Source: Candidatus Poseidoniaceae archaeon
Lineage (GTDB): Archaea > Thermoplasmatota > Poseidoniia > Poseidoniales > Poseidoniaceae
DNA: 64,000 nucleotides
Direction: 5' to 3'
Assembly (NCBI GenBank): GCA_949373095.1
Contig: CASIBY010000005.1
Location: 110,955 to 174,954, forward strand
This document shows positions 31,368 to 42,000 of the stretch, piece after piece; position 1 is the first letter of the stretch, and each line of letters starts with the position of its first letter. The translations under genes and the position numbers were made by a program. Under the pieces are notes generated by a model, which saw only the letters and a program-made list of their open reading frames with translations, did no database searches and had not been told where the DNA came from.

Positions 31368-32402
31368 TCAAAAGTCTTCGTCAACGGAGAACCGCTGCTG
31401 AACGCTTCCAAGAGAGGAGTTATCCATAACACCAGCTTTCTGGTATTCTGCTACTCTCTTCTCAAAGAAATTGGTTTTTCCTTGCATGGAAATCATTTCC
31501 ATCCACGGGAACGGGTTTGATGCTTCGTAAATCTTTGAGCAATTCAACTGCACTAAGAGACGGTCCGCCACGAATTTCACGTATTGTTCCATCAACTCTG
31601 CATTCATTCCAATGAGATTAACAGGCAACGCTTTGGTCACGAACTCTATTTCGATTTCCACAGCTTCGGCAATGATTCGGCGAATGACGTTTTCACCAGC
31701 ACCGCGCAACAACTTGTTGTGAAGAAGACATGCAAAGTCGCAGTGAAGTCCTTCATCACGAGATATCAATTCATTGGAGAAGGTGAGTCCGGGCATGAGA
31801 CCGCGCTTCTTGAGCCAAAAGATTGCACAGAAAGAGCCAGAGAAGAAGATACCCTCAACGGCAGCGAACGCAACCAATCGCTCAGCAAAGGAACCACGCT
31901 TGCGAGATAGCCATTTCATAGCCCATTCACCCTTTCTCTGGACAGATGGGACAGTTTCTAGGGCTTTGAACAGGTGGTTCTTTTCTTGCTCATCGTTGAT
32001 GTAGGTATCAATGAGGAGCGAGTAGGTTTCAGCGTGGATGTTTTCCATCATGATTTGGAAGCCGTAAAATGCTCGGGCTTCTGGCCAACATACTTCATTG
32101 GAGAAGTTCATCACTAAGTTTTCGTTGACAATACCGTCACTGGCTGCAAAGAACGCAAGAATGTGCTTGAGGAAGTGTTGTTCCCCTTCGTTGAGATTCT
32201 TCCAGTCTTTGAGATCTTCAGCAAGGTCGATTTCCTCAGCAGTCCAAAAGGATGCTTGTTCCATTTTGTACATCTCCCAGATATCATCATGTTGAATGGG
32301 GAACAGAACGAAACGATCTAGGTTTTCTTGGAGCATAGGCTCGAGATGTTCTTTCGTGAAATCGACGTCTACTGCGTCGTCTTTGTTGTGTTCTATGACC
32401 AT
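31368..32402 (-). CDS. nrdB: Class Ia ribonucleotide reductase beta subunit
   Basis: [26 protein letters not shown] (radical Tyr), [23 protein letters not shown]. Probable start ATG 32402. Confidence 0.95.
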   Translation of the reverse strand: MVIEHNKDDAVDVDFTKEHLEPMLQENLDRFVLFPIQHDDIWEMYKMEQASFWTAEEIDLAEDLKDWKNLNEGEQHFLKHILAFFAASDGIVNENLVMNFSNEVCWPEARAFYGFQIMMENIHAETYSLLIDTYINDEQEKNHLFKALETVPSVQRKGEWAMKWLSRKRGSFAERLVAFAAVEGIFFSGSFCAIFWLKKRGLMPGLTFSNELISRDEGLHCDFACLLHNKLLRGAGENVIRRIIAEAVEIEIEFVTKALPVNLIGMNAELMEQYVKFVADRLLVQLNCSKIYEASNPFPWMEMISMQGKTNFFEKRVAEYQKAGVMDNSSLGSVQQRFSVDEDF

Positions 32403-32685
32403 GACATATTCCCCCCGGCTATTTGTGGCGCGCTGGATTTTGTTTGCCCTCCTATAACGTCTATAATGATACCCCCCGCGAAGACATAGACCACATGTGT
32501 TTCGCGACCCTTTACCATCCCTTCGTTCAATTGAGCAGTGCATCGTTTAGCATATTTACCAATGAATGATATAAAATTGATATAAGAATGTAAAAATGTC
32601 GTAAAATCACCTCTATTTCCACTGCAAGCCCATGTGGGTAGAATCTTACATCATCCCAACAGTCAAAAAGCGATGTATTCTCACC

Positions 32686-33144
32686 ATGACCATGGAGCAG
32701 ATTTCACTGACCATCCAATTCGCCCGCCTCGACGAACGCGCCGTCTTGCCGAGTCAAGGCTCAGCCTTGGCCGCAGGATGGGATATGTATGCGCTGGAAG
32801 ACACCCTGGTCCACAAAGGTTCGTCAGTTCTTATCCGCACAGGGTGGGCTGCAGCGATTCCTGAAGGATGGGAAGGTCAGTTGCGCTGTCGCTCGTCATT
32901 GGGCAAAAAAGGGATGATTATGCCCAATGGAATCGGCACCATAGACGCTGACTATCGGGGAGAATTGATGGTCCTTGCAACATGGATTGGCCAAGGTGAT
33001 TCATTCGCAATCGCTGCTGGGGAACGCATCGCCCAGATGTTGTTTGCACCAGTCCCAAAGGTTACGTTGGTTGAAACCACCATGGACAAGTTGACAAAAA
33101 CCGAACGAGGAGAAGGCGGTTTCGGCTCTTCCGGTAAATTCTGA
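32686..33144 (+). CDS. dut: Trimeric dUTPase
   Basis: AAGWD, RSS, GTIDADYRGE, GERIAQ, RGEGGFGSSG (five motifs). Probable start 32686 or 32692. Confidence 0.93.
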   Translation: MTMEQISLTIQFARLDERAVLPSQGSALAAGWDMYALEDTLVHKGSSVLIRTGWAAAIPEGWEGQLRCRSSLGKKGMIMPNGIGTIDADYRGELMVLATWIGQGDSFAIAAGERIAQMLFAPVPKVTLVETTMDKLTKTERGEGGFGSSGKF

Positions 33145-33169
33145 AAGAGTCAGCGAGAGGCGAAGAGAT

Positions 33170-33772
33170 ATGGTCGACATTCAGGAACTGGGTCTCGTTC
33201 CTTACGGGGACGGTTTGAAAATGATGAAATCGTTGCAATCACAACGCATCAACGACGATATCCCAGATACATTGCTCATCCTTGAACATCACGAAGTGGT
33301 TACGGTCGGTCCACGCGCCCGCAACGATGGCATTCGGCCACCAGAGGATTACCCTACTGAAGCCGTTGATCGGGGCGGGGGCCTAACGTGGCATGGACCT
33401 GGACAGATTGTCTGCTACCCGATATTCAAATGGGGCCTTCGTGACCAAGAAGCATCGGTTGCTGAAATCATTACCAAAATCGAGCAGTGGGTCATCAACG
33501 CCCTTAGCACCTTGAACATTCACGGAGTGCGTGATCAGCGGATGCAGGGCGTTTGGGTTGATGGGCACAAGATTTGCAGTATTGGATTATCCTTCTTACG
33601 CTGGGTTAGTCGGCATGGCTTCACCATTAACATCGATACACCCCCCGGAAGAGTCGAAGGCGTAGCTGGATGTGGACTAACCGCTGACACAACAACGTCC
33701 CTAGCGAATCTAGGATATGATGTCGAAGTTCAAGCCATCAAACAAGCATTACTCGAAACAATGCAATTTTGA
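33170..33772 (+). CDS. lipB: Lipoyl(octanoyl) transferase
   Basis: LEH..V.T.G, DRGGGLTWHGPGQ, KICSIG, HGFTIN, GCGL. Confidence 0.92.
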   Translation: MVDIQELGLVPYGDGLKMMKSLQSQRINDDIPDTLLILEHHEVVTVGPRARNDGIRPPEDYPTEAVDRGGGLTWHGPGQIVCYPIFKWGLRDQEASVAEIITKIEQWVINALSTLNIHGVRDQRMQGVWVDGHKICSIGLSFLRWVSRHGFTINIDTPPGRVEGVAGCGLTADTTTSLANLGYDVEVQAIKQALLETMQF

Positions 33773-33776
33773 ACGG

Positions 33777-36584
33777 TCATTGGTCCCGGAGGTAATCCTC
33801 ACCGTACCATGCCCATTGGTCAAGAGTCCAACCCGCCGGCAATCCTTCTGCAGGTAAGGGTGGACCAGCTGGAGCAGCTGGAGCAGCAGCCTGAATAACA
33901 GGAGTTACAACAGGAGCGACGGGTGTCATCATCATCGGTTGGGGAAGATTAGGTTGCAAGTTAATTGACGAGTCTTCTCGGTCACGTCGTTGCACTGCAT
34001 AGCCAAGAACAACAACCGCCATAACGCAAAGGACTCCTATAATGAGGAATAACATGTTGGATGAAGAGGAATCTTCGGCAGATGCAAAGCGTGATGCATC
34101 CTTGGGGTATGAGTCGCCAGCATCAGACCAGCCGTCCCCATCACCATCTAAGCAGCCAACACGGTCTTCAGTAGAAGTACCTGAAACCTCGGGGCAATCA
34201 TCTGAAAGGTTCGTGCCCTCTTGGTCAGGATATCCATCTCCATCAGCATCAGACCAGAAGCGTTTGTCATCGGGGAAGGCATCGAGGAATCCAGCCCACC
34301 CATCACCATCAGGGTCCGGGCAGCCGAAGCGTTCCATGTCCGAAGTACCAAAAATCTCGGGACAACTGTCGGGTGTAGTACCTGTTTCAGAGTCACCAAA
34401 ACCATCTCCATCAGTGTCGGAATGTTGTGTGGCATCGTCGGGGAATGCGTCGTTAGCATCCGACCAGCCGTCGTTATCAGAATCAAGACAACCCAATCGA
34501 TCTTCAGTAGAAGTCCCAGCGTTCAACGGACAAGCGTCGCTTTGGACTCCGTCCGAAGCATCACCGTATCCATCTCCATCCTGGTCGGAATGTTGCGTGA
34601 ATTCATCGGGGAAGGCATCTGCTCCCTCTGCTACACTCCATGCTCCATCCGGATTTGACCATCCATCTCCATCTGTATCAATACAGCCGTTGCGGTCTTG
34701 ATTGGAAGTGCCTGTGACGAGGAGGCATTGGTCGCCTCCTTCCCCATCAGAATTGTCTCCGAAACCATCTCCGTCGCTATCGGACCATTGTGCGTCATCA
34801 ACTGGGAATGCGTCTACTGTGTCGCCGTAACCGTCTCCATCGTAATCAGCACAACCGATACTCGTACCGAGTGAACTCGTACCTGCCTCATTGGGGCAGT
34901 CATCAATATCGTCAGAAAAACCATCGTTGTCGTCGTCAATATCTTCGCCTAGATCTTCGCAGCCGTCACGGTCGACGTCACTGCCTGTGAAGGAGATAAA
35001 TGATGGTGGGCTTTGGGGACAAAGGTCAGTACCCGCAGATGAGGGTGAGCAGACCCACCAGGTGCTGGATTCATCACCGTCGCATATTCGGTCGTTATCA
35101 TCGTCCAAGTCTTCGCCTTGATCTCTGCATCCATCTCCATCATAATCAGTTCCTGTCAATGAATTCCAGCCGAGATCACCAGTTGGGCAGAGGTCCGAAG
35201 TATCGTAAATCCCATCGTTATCATCATCTGAATCTTCTGTTAAATCTGCGCAACCATCCGTATCATGGTCGGTTAAGGCAGAAGAAATCCATGAAAGGTT
35301 GCCCAGAGCGCATTCATCATTTACATCAAGGATCCCATCACCATCATCATCATCATCGCAAGCATCTCCGAGAAGATCACCGTCATGGTTGGCCTGGTTT
35401 GCGTTAGGAATCATTGGACAGTTGTCCACCTGATCGCCTACGCCGTCTCCATCTTCATCCATGTACGGGTCTATCCGAACAACTTCGTCCTGGCCGAAAT
35501 CGACGTAATACAAGTGCCCATTGGGGCCAATCTCAAGGCCCATGATGGATGTTGCCGAAGTTTGAATGGAATCGGTTTCAGTAGCTGCTTTACCGCTTGA
35601 ACTCAAATCATATGCAACAATTTGACCGTTGCCATATTCTGAAACAAAGAGTTGGTCGCCATCAAGTACAATCCCAGATGGCATGTTCAAACCCGATGCG
35701 AGAACACCCCATTCAATGTTCGTTATTGAGGAATATTCCTCCAAGGTCTCCATACGAGATGAATCGCTGTAGATGTTTTGAGTACTGGTTGAGGAATCGT
35801 CGGTGTTCACCCACAAGACTCGGTTTGCACCAGGGTCTGCGATGTATAAAATTCCTGAATCATCATCAAGGGTCATGTGTCCAGGAACACCCATGATGTG
35901 AGTGAGTTCGACCTCAGAATACCGCCGTACGATAGCATCAGAATGATAGTCTCGACCAGTATCGTGGTCATCTTGGAAATCATAGTACACCAATTCTTCA
36001 TAGTAGCCGTCATTGTACCAATACGCATTGTCAGAATCGTGAGCGATTCCAACTCCATAAGGGGACTCGTGATTCATATCAATGTGACTACCTAGAAGGC
36101 CATTGGCGTTGTTTTGATTCTCTACTGCAAAGTGACTGAGCGAGGATGGCCAGAGTGTTGGGCCCATGAAATTGTTTGGGGAGGCTTGGCCACAGAACGT
36201 ATTCGCTGTTTCCTGAGCAGAGCCCCACTGCCAGTCAAATTCGGGATGATAGGCCCCAAATGCAATAGCGCTGACTTCTTCCAAAAAGTGATTCCGATTT
36301 GAATCCTGACGGTTTTGAGAGACTTGATTCTCAAGCCCGGTATTCTCTACAATTGTGATGCTGTCTGTGTACTGATTTGCAATCCACAACTCATTCGCCC
36401 GCCCGGGGTGGAATTCAAGGTCCCTTGGATTAGAAAGAGCATCAGATGAGTCAGCAATAACCGTTTCATCAAAACCCATTCCAAATTGTTCTACCATAAC
36501 AGCCTCTTTAGCCGCAGTAGCATATGAAGGGATGGAGAATAAGAGAATTGCAAGCATGAAAAGTGCTAATTGCTTCTTGGCCAT
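33777..36584 (-). CDS. Secreted membrane-anchored protein: N-terminal beta-propeller-like domain, many TSP3/DxDxDG repeats, TM helix, Pro-rich linker and C-terminal GLPAGWTLDQWAWYG motif
   Basis: Signal peptide from MAKKQ (36584); PRDLEFHP, PYGVGIA and PSGIVLD blade-like motifs; DxDGDG..D..DAFP.D repeats; TM helix LFLIIGVLCVMAVVVLGY. Confidence 0.75.
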   Translation of the reverse strand: MAKKQLALFMLAILLFSIPSYATAAKEAVMVEQFGMGFDETVIADSSDALSNPRDLEFHPGRANELWIANQYTDSITIVENTGLENQVSQNRQDSNRNHFLEEVSAIAFGAYHPEFDWQWGSAQETANTFCGQASPNNFMGPTLWPSSLSHFAVENQNNANGLLGSHIDMNHESPYGVGIAHDSDNAYWYNDGYYEELVYYDFQDDHDTGRDYHSDAIVRRYSEVELTHIMGVPGHMTLDDDSGILYIADPGANRVLWVNTDDSSTSTQNIYSDSSRMETLEEYSSITNIEWGVLASGLNMPSGIVLDGDQLFVSEYGNGQIVAYDLSSSGKAATETDSIQTSATSIMGLEIGPNGHLYYVDFGQDEVVRIDPYMDEDGDGVGDQVDNCPMIPNANQANHDGDLLGDACDDDDDGDGILDVNDECALGNLSWISSALTDHDTDGCADLTEDSDDDNDGIYDTSDLCPTGDLGWNSLTGTDYDGDGCRDQGEDLDDDNDRICDGDESSTWWVCSPSSAGTDLCPQSPPSFISFTGSDVDRDGCEDLGEDIDDDNDGFSDDIDDCPNEAGTSSLGTSIGCADYDGDGYGDTVDAFPVDDAQWSDSDGDGFGDNSDGEGGDQCLLVTGTSNQDRNGCIDTDGDGWSNPDGAWSVAEGADAFPDEFTQHSDQDGDGYGDASDGVQSDACPLNAGTSTEDRLGCLDSDNDGWSDANDAFPDDATQHSDTDGDGFGDSETGTTPDSCPEIFGTSDMERFGCPDPDGDGWAGFLDAFPDDKRFWSDADGDGYPDQEGTNLSDDCPEVSGTSTEDRVGCLDGDGDGWSDAGDSYPKDASRFASAEDSSSSNMLFLIIGVLCVMAVVVLGYAVQRRDREDSSINLQPNLPQPMMMTPVAPVVTPVIQAAAPAAPAGPPLPAEGLPAGWTLDQWAWYGEDYLRDQ

Positions 36585-36681
36585 GCTTATGCCAGTTTGA
36601 ATGAGCATTTCATACCTTGTCACAGAAGTATGTTATTTGCATGAGCCACAATATAACAACAGCCAGATTAATGCACTGAAC

Positions 36682-37233
36682 TCACTGTTTGAACCGAAGG
36701 CCAGCAAGAATTGCAAATTCGCTTATTTTGACAATTCGGGAGCGAGTATGTTTTGACATTCGTCCAGAGTAAGATAGGAGCCAGAATATTTCATCCCCGC
36801 TGTGTAAATTATAGGTATAATTGGTTATACTATCATGATCCCCACCATAGGTGGTTCTTAGGCTGAGGAAAGAACTCTCAAAAATTGGAAAAATTTTCAC
36901 CATTTTTGCTGAACCATCATGCAATTCGTATTCAACAAGACAACTGTATTTTTTGACATAAGCCCTTGATTTCACTACAATGGTATCTTGGTTTAGCGGC
37001 CCATTGCCAGCACTCATCCAAATGAGAACCGCCCCTATACCGAAAAGCGGCAAGAGCAAGATTCCTAAGAAAAGAAAAGCCTTTTTGAATTGAGCGGTGT
37101 ATAGCTTTTCTTCCCTATGAAATACATAATCCGGGATTTCATCCATCTCTTCGATTTCGGCAATTATATCTTCAGCACCGATGGATGAAGAGTCACGATT
37201 TAGTTCCATTTCAAATTCAGCGAACTCGTCCAT
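36682..37233 (-). CDS. Hypothetical membrane protein (visibly AT-rich)
   Basis: 183-aa ORF with a hydrophobic stretch FLFLGILLLPLFGIGAVLIW; GGAGG upstream. Confidence 0.55.
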   Translation of the reverse strand: MDEFAEFEMELNRDSSSIGAEDIIAEIEEMDEIPDYVFHREEKLYTAQFKKAFLFLGILLLPLFGIGAVLIWMSAGNGPLNQDTIVVKSRAYVKKYSCLVEYELHDGSAKMVKIFPIFESSFLSLRTTYGGDHDSITNYTYNLHSGDEIFWLLSYSGRMSKHTRSRIVKISEFAILAGLRFKQ

Positions 37234-37324
37234 AATTCATTTGCGCTTCCTCCAAAGTATAACTCTTCACCCTACAACGAGAAAACTAATTCCTGCGAAT
37301 CCCACCCGGAAAGGTACCCCCGTC

Positions 37325-38962
37325 CTATATGATCAGTTTCTCGTTTTGAGCCAGTGCATGACTGACCCATTCAAAGGCTAATTTGTCCTTCGTCTTTTCT
37401 TCTTCACTCCGGCGTTTGAGGTTATTCATCGCCATCTTCATTCTGAAATTCCCTTCAAAGGATGGAGCGTGCCGATCGAGATATGCCCAATAGAGCCTCG
37501 TAATTGGACATGTTTTCTTTGGATGAAAAGCACAGGATTTGCAATGGTCACTCATCCTGTTAATGTAGGCAGATCCAGCCACATAGGGTTTCGTCATCAT
37601 CGCATCGCCAAGCGCAAAGGTACCCATTCCGAGCACATTCGGTTCAACCACCCAGTCATAAGCATCAACGAAGGCAGCGTGAAACCAATCGGTTAGTTCA
37701 CGAGGGTTGATGTCTAACAAGTTTCCAATATTACTCAGGACCATCAACCGAGGTATGTGGTGGGTCCATCCCTCTTCCATCACCGATTTAACAGAAGAAT
37801 CTAGACATTGAAGACCGCTATCTCCTCTCCAATACACTTCAGGAAGTGGGTTCATTTGGCGAAGATGGTTAGGATGTTCATCCACATCTGGCATGGCTTC
37901 GCTCATCCATGAAAACGTTCGGTTCGAAGGGGTTCGCTGAACATCAAGGGTACGGAAGCCATTTGTGATTTCGTGAATGTGGTGAACGTATTCTCTCCAG
38001 ATTAATTGCCGCAAGAATCCTTCAGTACTGTTGAGTGGGGCATCAGTTTCTAAAACTGCTTGAACCAGTTCATTAGGCATCAACCTGTGAAGATTTAGCA
38101 GAGCCGCAAGACGTGAATGAAAAAGTCCACGGCTTTTATCAGTCATAGCATCTTCATAGCGCCCAAACCAAGGCATGCATTTCATTCCAAAAGCGAGAGC
38201 GGTTTCTACATCATCGGCAGTAGTAGGCAATTGAGTCATGTCCAAAACGCCTGGATGTGAGCCATATTCAGTGTTGATAAGGTGTTCGACCTCAAGGTCA
38301 ATTTCATCGCTATCATAGGATGGTGGTTCTGGGGGAAGTGGGTCTCCTTTCCAGGGGAATCGGTTTTCAGAATCAAAACTATACTTTCCGCCAATCGGCT
38401 TTCCCATTTCCATTAACCAACCCGTTTCGTGCCGTACTCTGCGGTAAAAACGGTCCATGCGAAACGGAGGCTGGGAGCCTACGCTCTGCTCAAACCACGA
38501 AGATTTTGTCAACCATCCAACGTGCTCGTGAATGATGACACTCTTATTTTGAATCAATGGTTTCAACTCATTCCTCAGTTCCAATTCTGCGTGTGCAACA
38601 GCTTGTACCGGACCATAACGAGCAACATGTTCGTTTAACGCGTCTTCATATGTGCCGTTTGTCATAAGGTAACGAACAGGTCGTCCAGTCGCTTGAACTT
38701 CAACGGCGAAATGACGTTGGGATGAAAGGAGGAGAGCGAGTTTTTGCTTGTGATAAGGGCGTTTGTTACCCTTAGCGGATGATTCAATCAAGATGATTCC
38801 ATAAACAGAAGAAATGGGTTCAATATTTTCAATAAATCTGAGATTGAGTTGATCGTATGAGAGCCACAGCCATCCATCAACGGGAGTATCTTCGTAAGGA
38901 AGAAGAGATGATGAAAAAGACCCTATGGATGATGCATGGGTTGAAACAGCAAGTTCTTCCAT
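37325..38962 (-). CDS. FeS-type cryptochrome/(6-4) photolyase (CryB/PhrB-like)
   Basis: YHKQKL, RMDRFYR..R, GGKYSFD.ENR, FG.YEDAM, EGFLRQLIWREY, HHIPRLMV, DAYDWVVEPNV.GM, TKPY, and four Cys (QCL, HCKSC, TCP). Start uncertain (38962 or 38995). Confidence 0.9.
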   Translation of the reverse strand: MEELAVSTHASSIGSFSSSLLPYEDTPVDGWLWLSYDQLNLRFIENIEPISSVYGIILIESSAKGNKRPYHKQKLALLLSSQRHFAVEVQATGRPVRYLMTNGTYEDALNEHVARYGPVQAVAHAELELRNELKPLIQNKSVIIHEHVGWLTKSSWFEQSVGSQPPFRMDRFYRRVRHETGWLMEMGKPIGGKYSFDSENRFPWKGDPLPPEPPSYDSDEIDLEVEHLINTEYGSHPGVLDMTQLPTTADDVETALAFGMKCMPWFGRYEDAMTDKSRGLFHSRLAALLNLHRLMPNELVQAVLETDAPLNSTEGFLRQLIWREYVHHIHEITNGFRTLDVQRTPSNRTFSWMSEAMPDVDEHPNHLRQMNPLPEVYWRGDSGLQCLDSSVKSVMEEGWTHHIPRLMVLSNIGNLLDINPRELTDWFHAAFVDAYDWVVEPNVLGMGTFALGDAMMTKPYVAGSAYINRMSDHCKSCAFHPKKTCPITRLYWAYLDRHAPSFEGNFRMKMAMNNLKRRSEEEKTKDKLAFEWVSHALAQNEKLII

Positions 38963-39008
38963 GTTTTGTTGGTTGCTATTGAGGACATAAAGCACTGCTT
39001 TTGACCAG

Positions 39009-42000
39009 TCAATAATGAACGGTTAGTTTCCTTGGTTCTAGTGTTACCTCAATATGAGCCCGCATTGCAGCAGCCTCCATTGTTGCTCCTCTCATGGTCG
39101 TTACAAACGGGATGTTTAATTCAACAGCAAGACGACGCATCATGTTACCGTCACGAACTGCACCTCCAGAAATGGTAGGGACGTTGACGATGAAGGACAC
39201 TTTGCCTTGCCGCATGAGGTCAAGTGCATCAGGGTGCTTTCCTTCAGCGATTCTATAGACTGTTTCGACTGGAATATTGTGACGACGCAGGGCGTCTGAG
39301 GTCCCACCAGTAGCATACAAGGTAAATCCTAAATCCACCAATTCACGTGCAACGGGGACAAGATTTTCTTTGTCTTCATCTCGAACCGTCAAATAAGCCC
39401 CGCCTGATTTAGCAACTGGGATTTCGGTTGCTAAACGCGCCTTGAGATAAGCCAAATCTGCTCGCTCATCTGAACCGTATACTTCCCCTGTAGATTTCAT
39501 TTCAGGACCAGGTGCAGGGTCCAGTCCACGCAGTTTGATGAACGGGAAAACAGGTGCTTTCACACAAACTTGGCCCGTTGTTCTTCTGGGAATTGTTTGT
39601 GAAGAAAGGGGTTGACCAATCGTGACTCTTGCTGCGATCCGAGCAAGAGGCAATCCCGATGATTTTGCAACGAATGGAACAGTCCGTGACGACCGTGGAT
39701 TGACCTCTAAGACATAGAGAGTATCTCCTTGAATTGCAAATTGAATGTTAAAGCAGCCTTTAATTTTCAAGCCCAAACCGATGATTTTTGTTTGTTCTGC
39801 TACTCGCTTGAGCATATCTTCCGATATATTTTGAGTTGGAATAAAACATGTTGAATCGCCCGAATGAATTCCTGCCTCTTCCAAATGCTCCATAATGGCG
39901 CCAACTAAAACCTCCTCACCATCTGCAGCAGCGTCAACGTCTAGTTCGGTAGCATGGCCGAGGTATTCGTCAACCAGCAGTGGCTTATCAGGTGCTAGAT
40001 AGGCATCCCGAAGGTACCCATCCAATTGTTGTTGATTGGACAAAATCTCCATCCCGCGCCCTCCGAGAACATAGGAAGGGCGAATCAAGACAGGATACCC
40101 TATTTCTTCAACTGCTGCCCTCAAATCATCAGCAGACGTACCCGTTGCACCGCGAGGCATTTTGAGTCCACTGCGAGATGCAAATGCCTCGAAACGCTCT
40201 CGGTCACTTGCCTCATCAATAGCGTCACACGAAGTCCCCATGATGCTGAGGTCTAACCCTTTGAGGCGAAGGTCCGGCAAACGTTGCTCCAAAGGCAAGG
40301 CAAGATTGATTGCCGTCTGTCCGCCAAATTGAAGGAGGATTCCATGGGCACGTTCACGCAGTAGAATTTCGCTGACATACTCCAAAGTTAACGGGTCAAA
40401 GTACAGTCTGTCTGAGGTATCAAAGTCTGTAGAAACTGTTTCTGGATTGTTATTGATGATGATGGCATCTTTGCCCGCTTCACGGATTGCTTTGACAGCG
40501 TGGACGCAACCGTAGTCAAACTCAATGCCTTGCCCAATACGAATGGGACCGCTTCCAATGGTCACTAATCGGTCTTTTGTTCGTTCCTCAAGATTCGGCA
40601 GAATATCAATTCCAGGGGCGCCAAACGGTTCGTAAGTAGAATAGTAATACGGTGTTTTTGCTGCAAATTCGGCAGCACATGAATCAACCATACGGTAAAT
40701 TGGATGAAGGTTCAATTCATGACGACGTTGCATCACTGCACGCTCGTCTTGACCAGGCGCAAGAGACTTCAGTCCTTCTGGCGGGAAACCCGCAAGAGCG
40801 TCGGCGATATGGGCATCACTGAATCCATGACTCTTCCAGCGACGAAGTTCCTTTTCAGTCAATTCTGTTGGTGAAACGCCTCGTGCGGTAATCTCCGCTT
40901 CCATCTGAGCTAATCGTTCAAATCCATAGAGGAACCAACGAGTGATGCGTGTTATCTCGTGAACCCGGTCAACGCCCCAACCTCTACGAAGCGCTTCCAG
41001 AACAGCCCCCATTCTTCGGTCAGTGGCGATTCTGCACCAATCAACAAGGGTGCTGTCGGGTAAGGCTTCATGAGCACGCTCAAACATTCCTTCGCCTTCT
41101 GACTCGTCTGCTCGTGTCAGTGGGCGTGGATGTGCACATCCTTGTTCAAGAGAAGCCCAAGCCTTGAGGAAGGCTTCTTCGAAGTTCCGACCGATGGCCA
41201 TGACTTCACCTGTAGATTTCATCGAGGTACCAAGAGTACGGTCTGCAGTTCTGAATTTGTCGAAGGGCCACCTTGGGATTTTCACAACACAATAATCCAA
41301 AGTCGGCTCAAATGCGGCAGTAGTGCCGTCTCCAGTAATTGGATTTGGAAGTTCATCCAACGTGTAGCCAACTGCAATCTTAGCAGCCATGCGAGCGATA
41401 GGATAACCTGTGGCTTTTGAAGCCAATGCAGAAGAACGAGAAACACGAGGATTCACTTCAATTACTCGAATTTCTCCGGTAAATTGATTGAAGGCGAATT
41501 GAACGTTGCAGCCTCCTTTGATGTTCAATGCCCGAATCAACGCCAAGGCTTGATTTCTCAACCGCTGATGGTCAGCATCACTGAACGATTGGAGCGGGGC
41601 GACAACCGTAGACTCCCCGGTGTGCACGCCCATAGGGTCGATGTTTTCCATGGTGCAAACAATGGTGGCATTGTCAGCTTCATCTCTCATAACTTCGTAT
41701 TCAAGTTCCTGCCATCCCAAAATAGATTCTTCAATCAGAACTTGGGAAATACGGGAATTCCTCAAACCGAGTTGTGAGATTTCTACCAATTCGCCCAAGT
41801 CTCGTGCAGTTCCGCTACCAAGACCTCCCAAGGTAAATGCTGGGCGGACTAAGATGGGCCAACTTCCTATCAAATCTGCCGCTGCAATGACTTCATCGAT
41901 GGTGTTGCATGCGACGGCTTGGCTGATTGGAAGTTGAATCGATTCGCACACCTGATTGAACAATTCTCGGTCTTCTGCTTTATCGATGGCTTCTAAATCA

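Noticed and set aside
28912..32402. Intein or intron in nrdA or nrdB
   Set aside because: Both proteins are normal length with continuous motifs and no splice-junction signatures.
32485..32505. Palindrome CACATGTG upstream of nrdB as an NrdR box
   Set aside because: Only 8 bp, a poor match to the 16-bp consensus, and no tandem copy.
34040..35460. Repetitive DNA suggesting a CRISPR array or tandem repeat
   Set aside because: The repeats are degenerate codons of DxDxDG protein motifs. There are no identical repeats with unique spacers and no cas genes.
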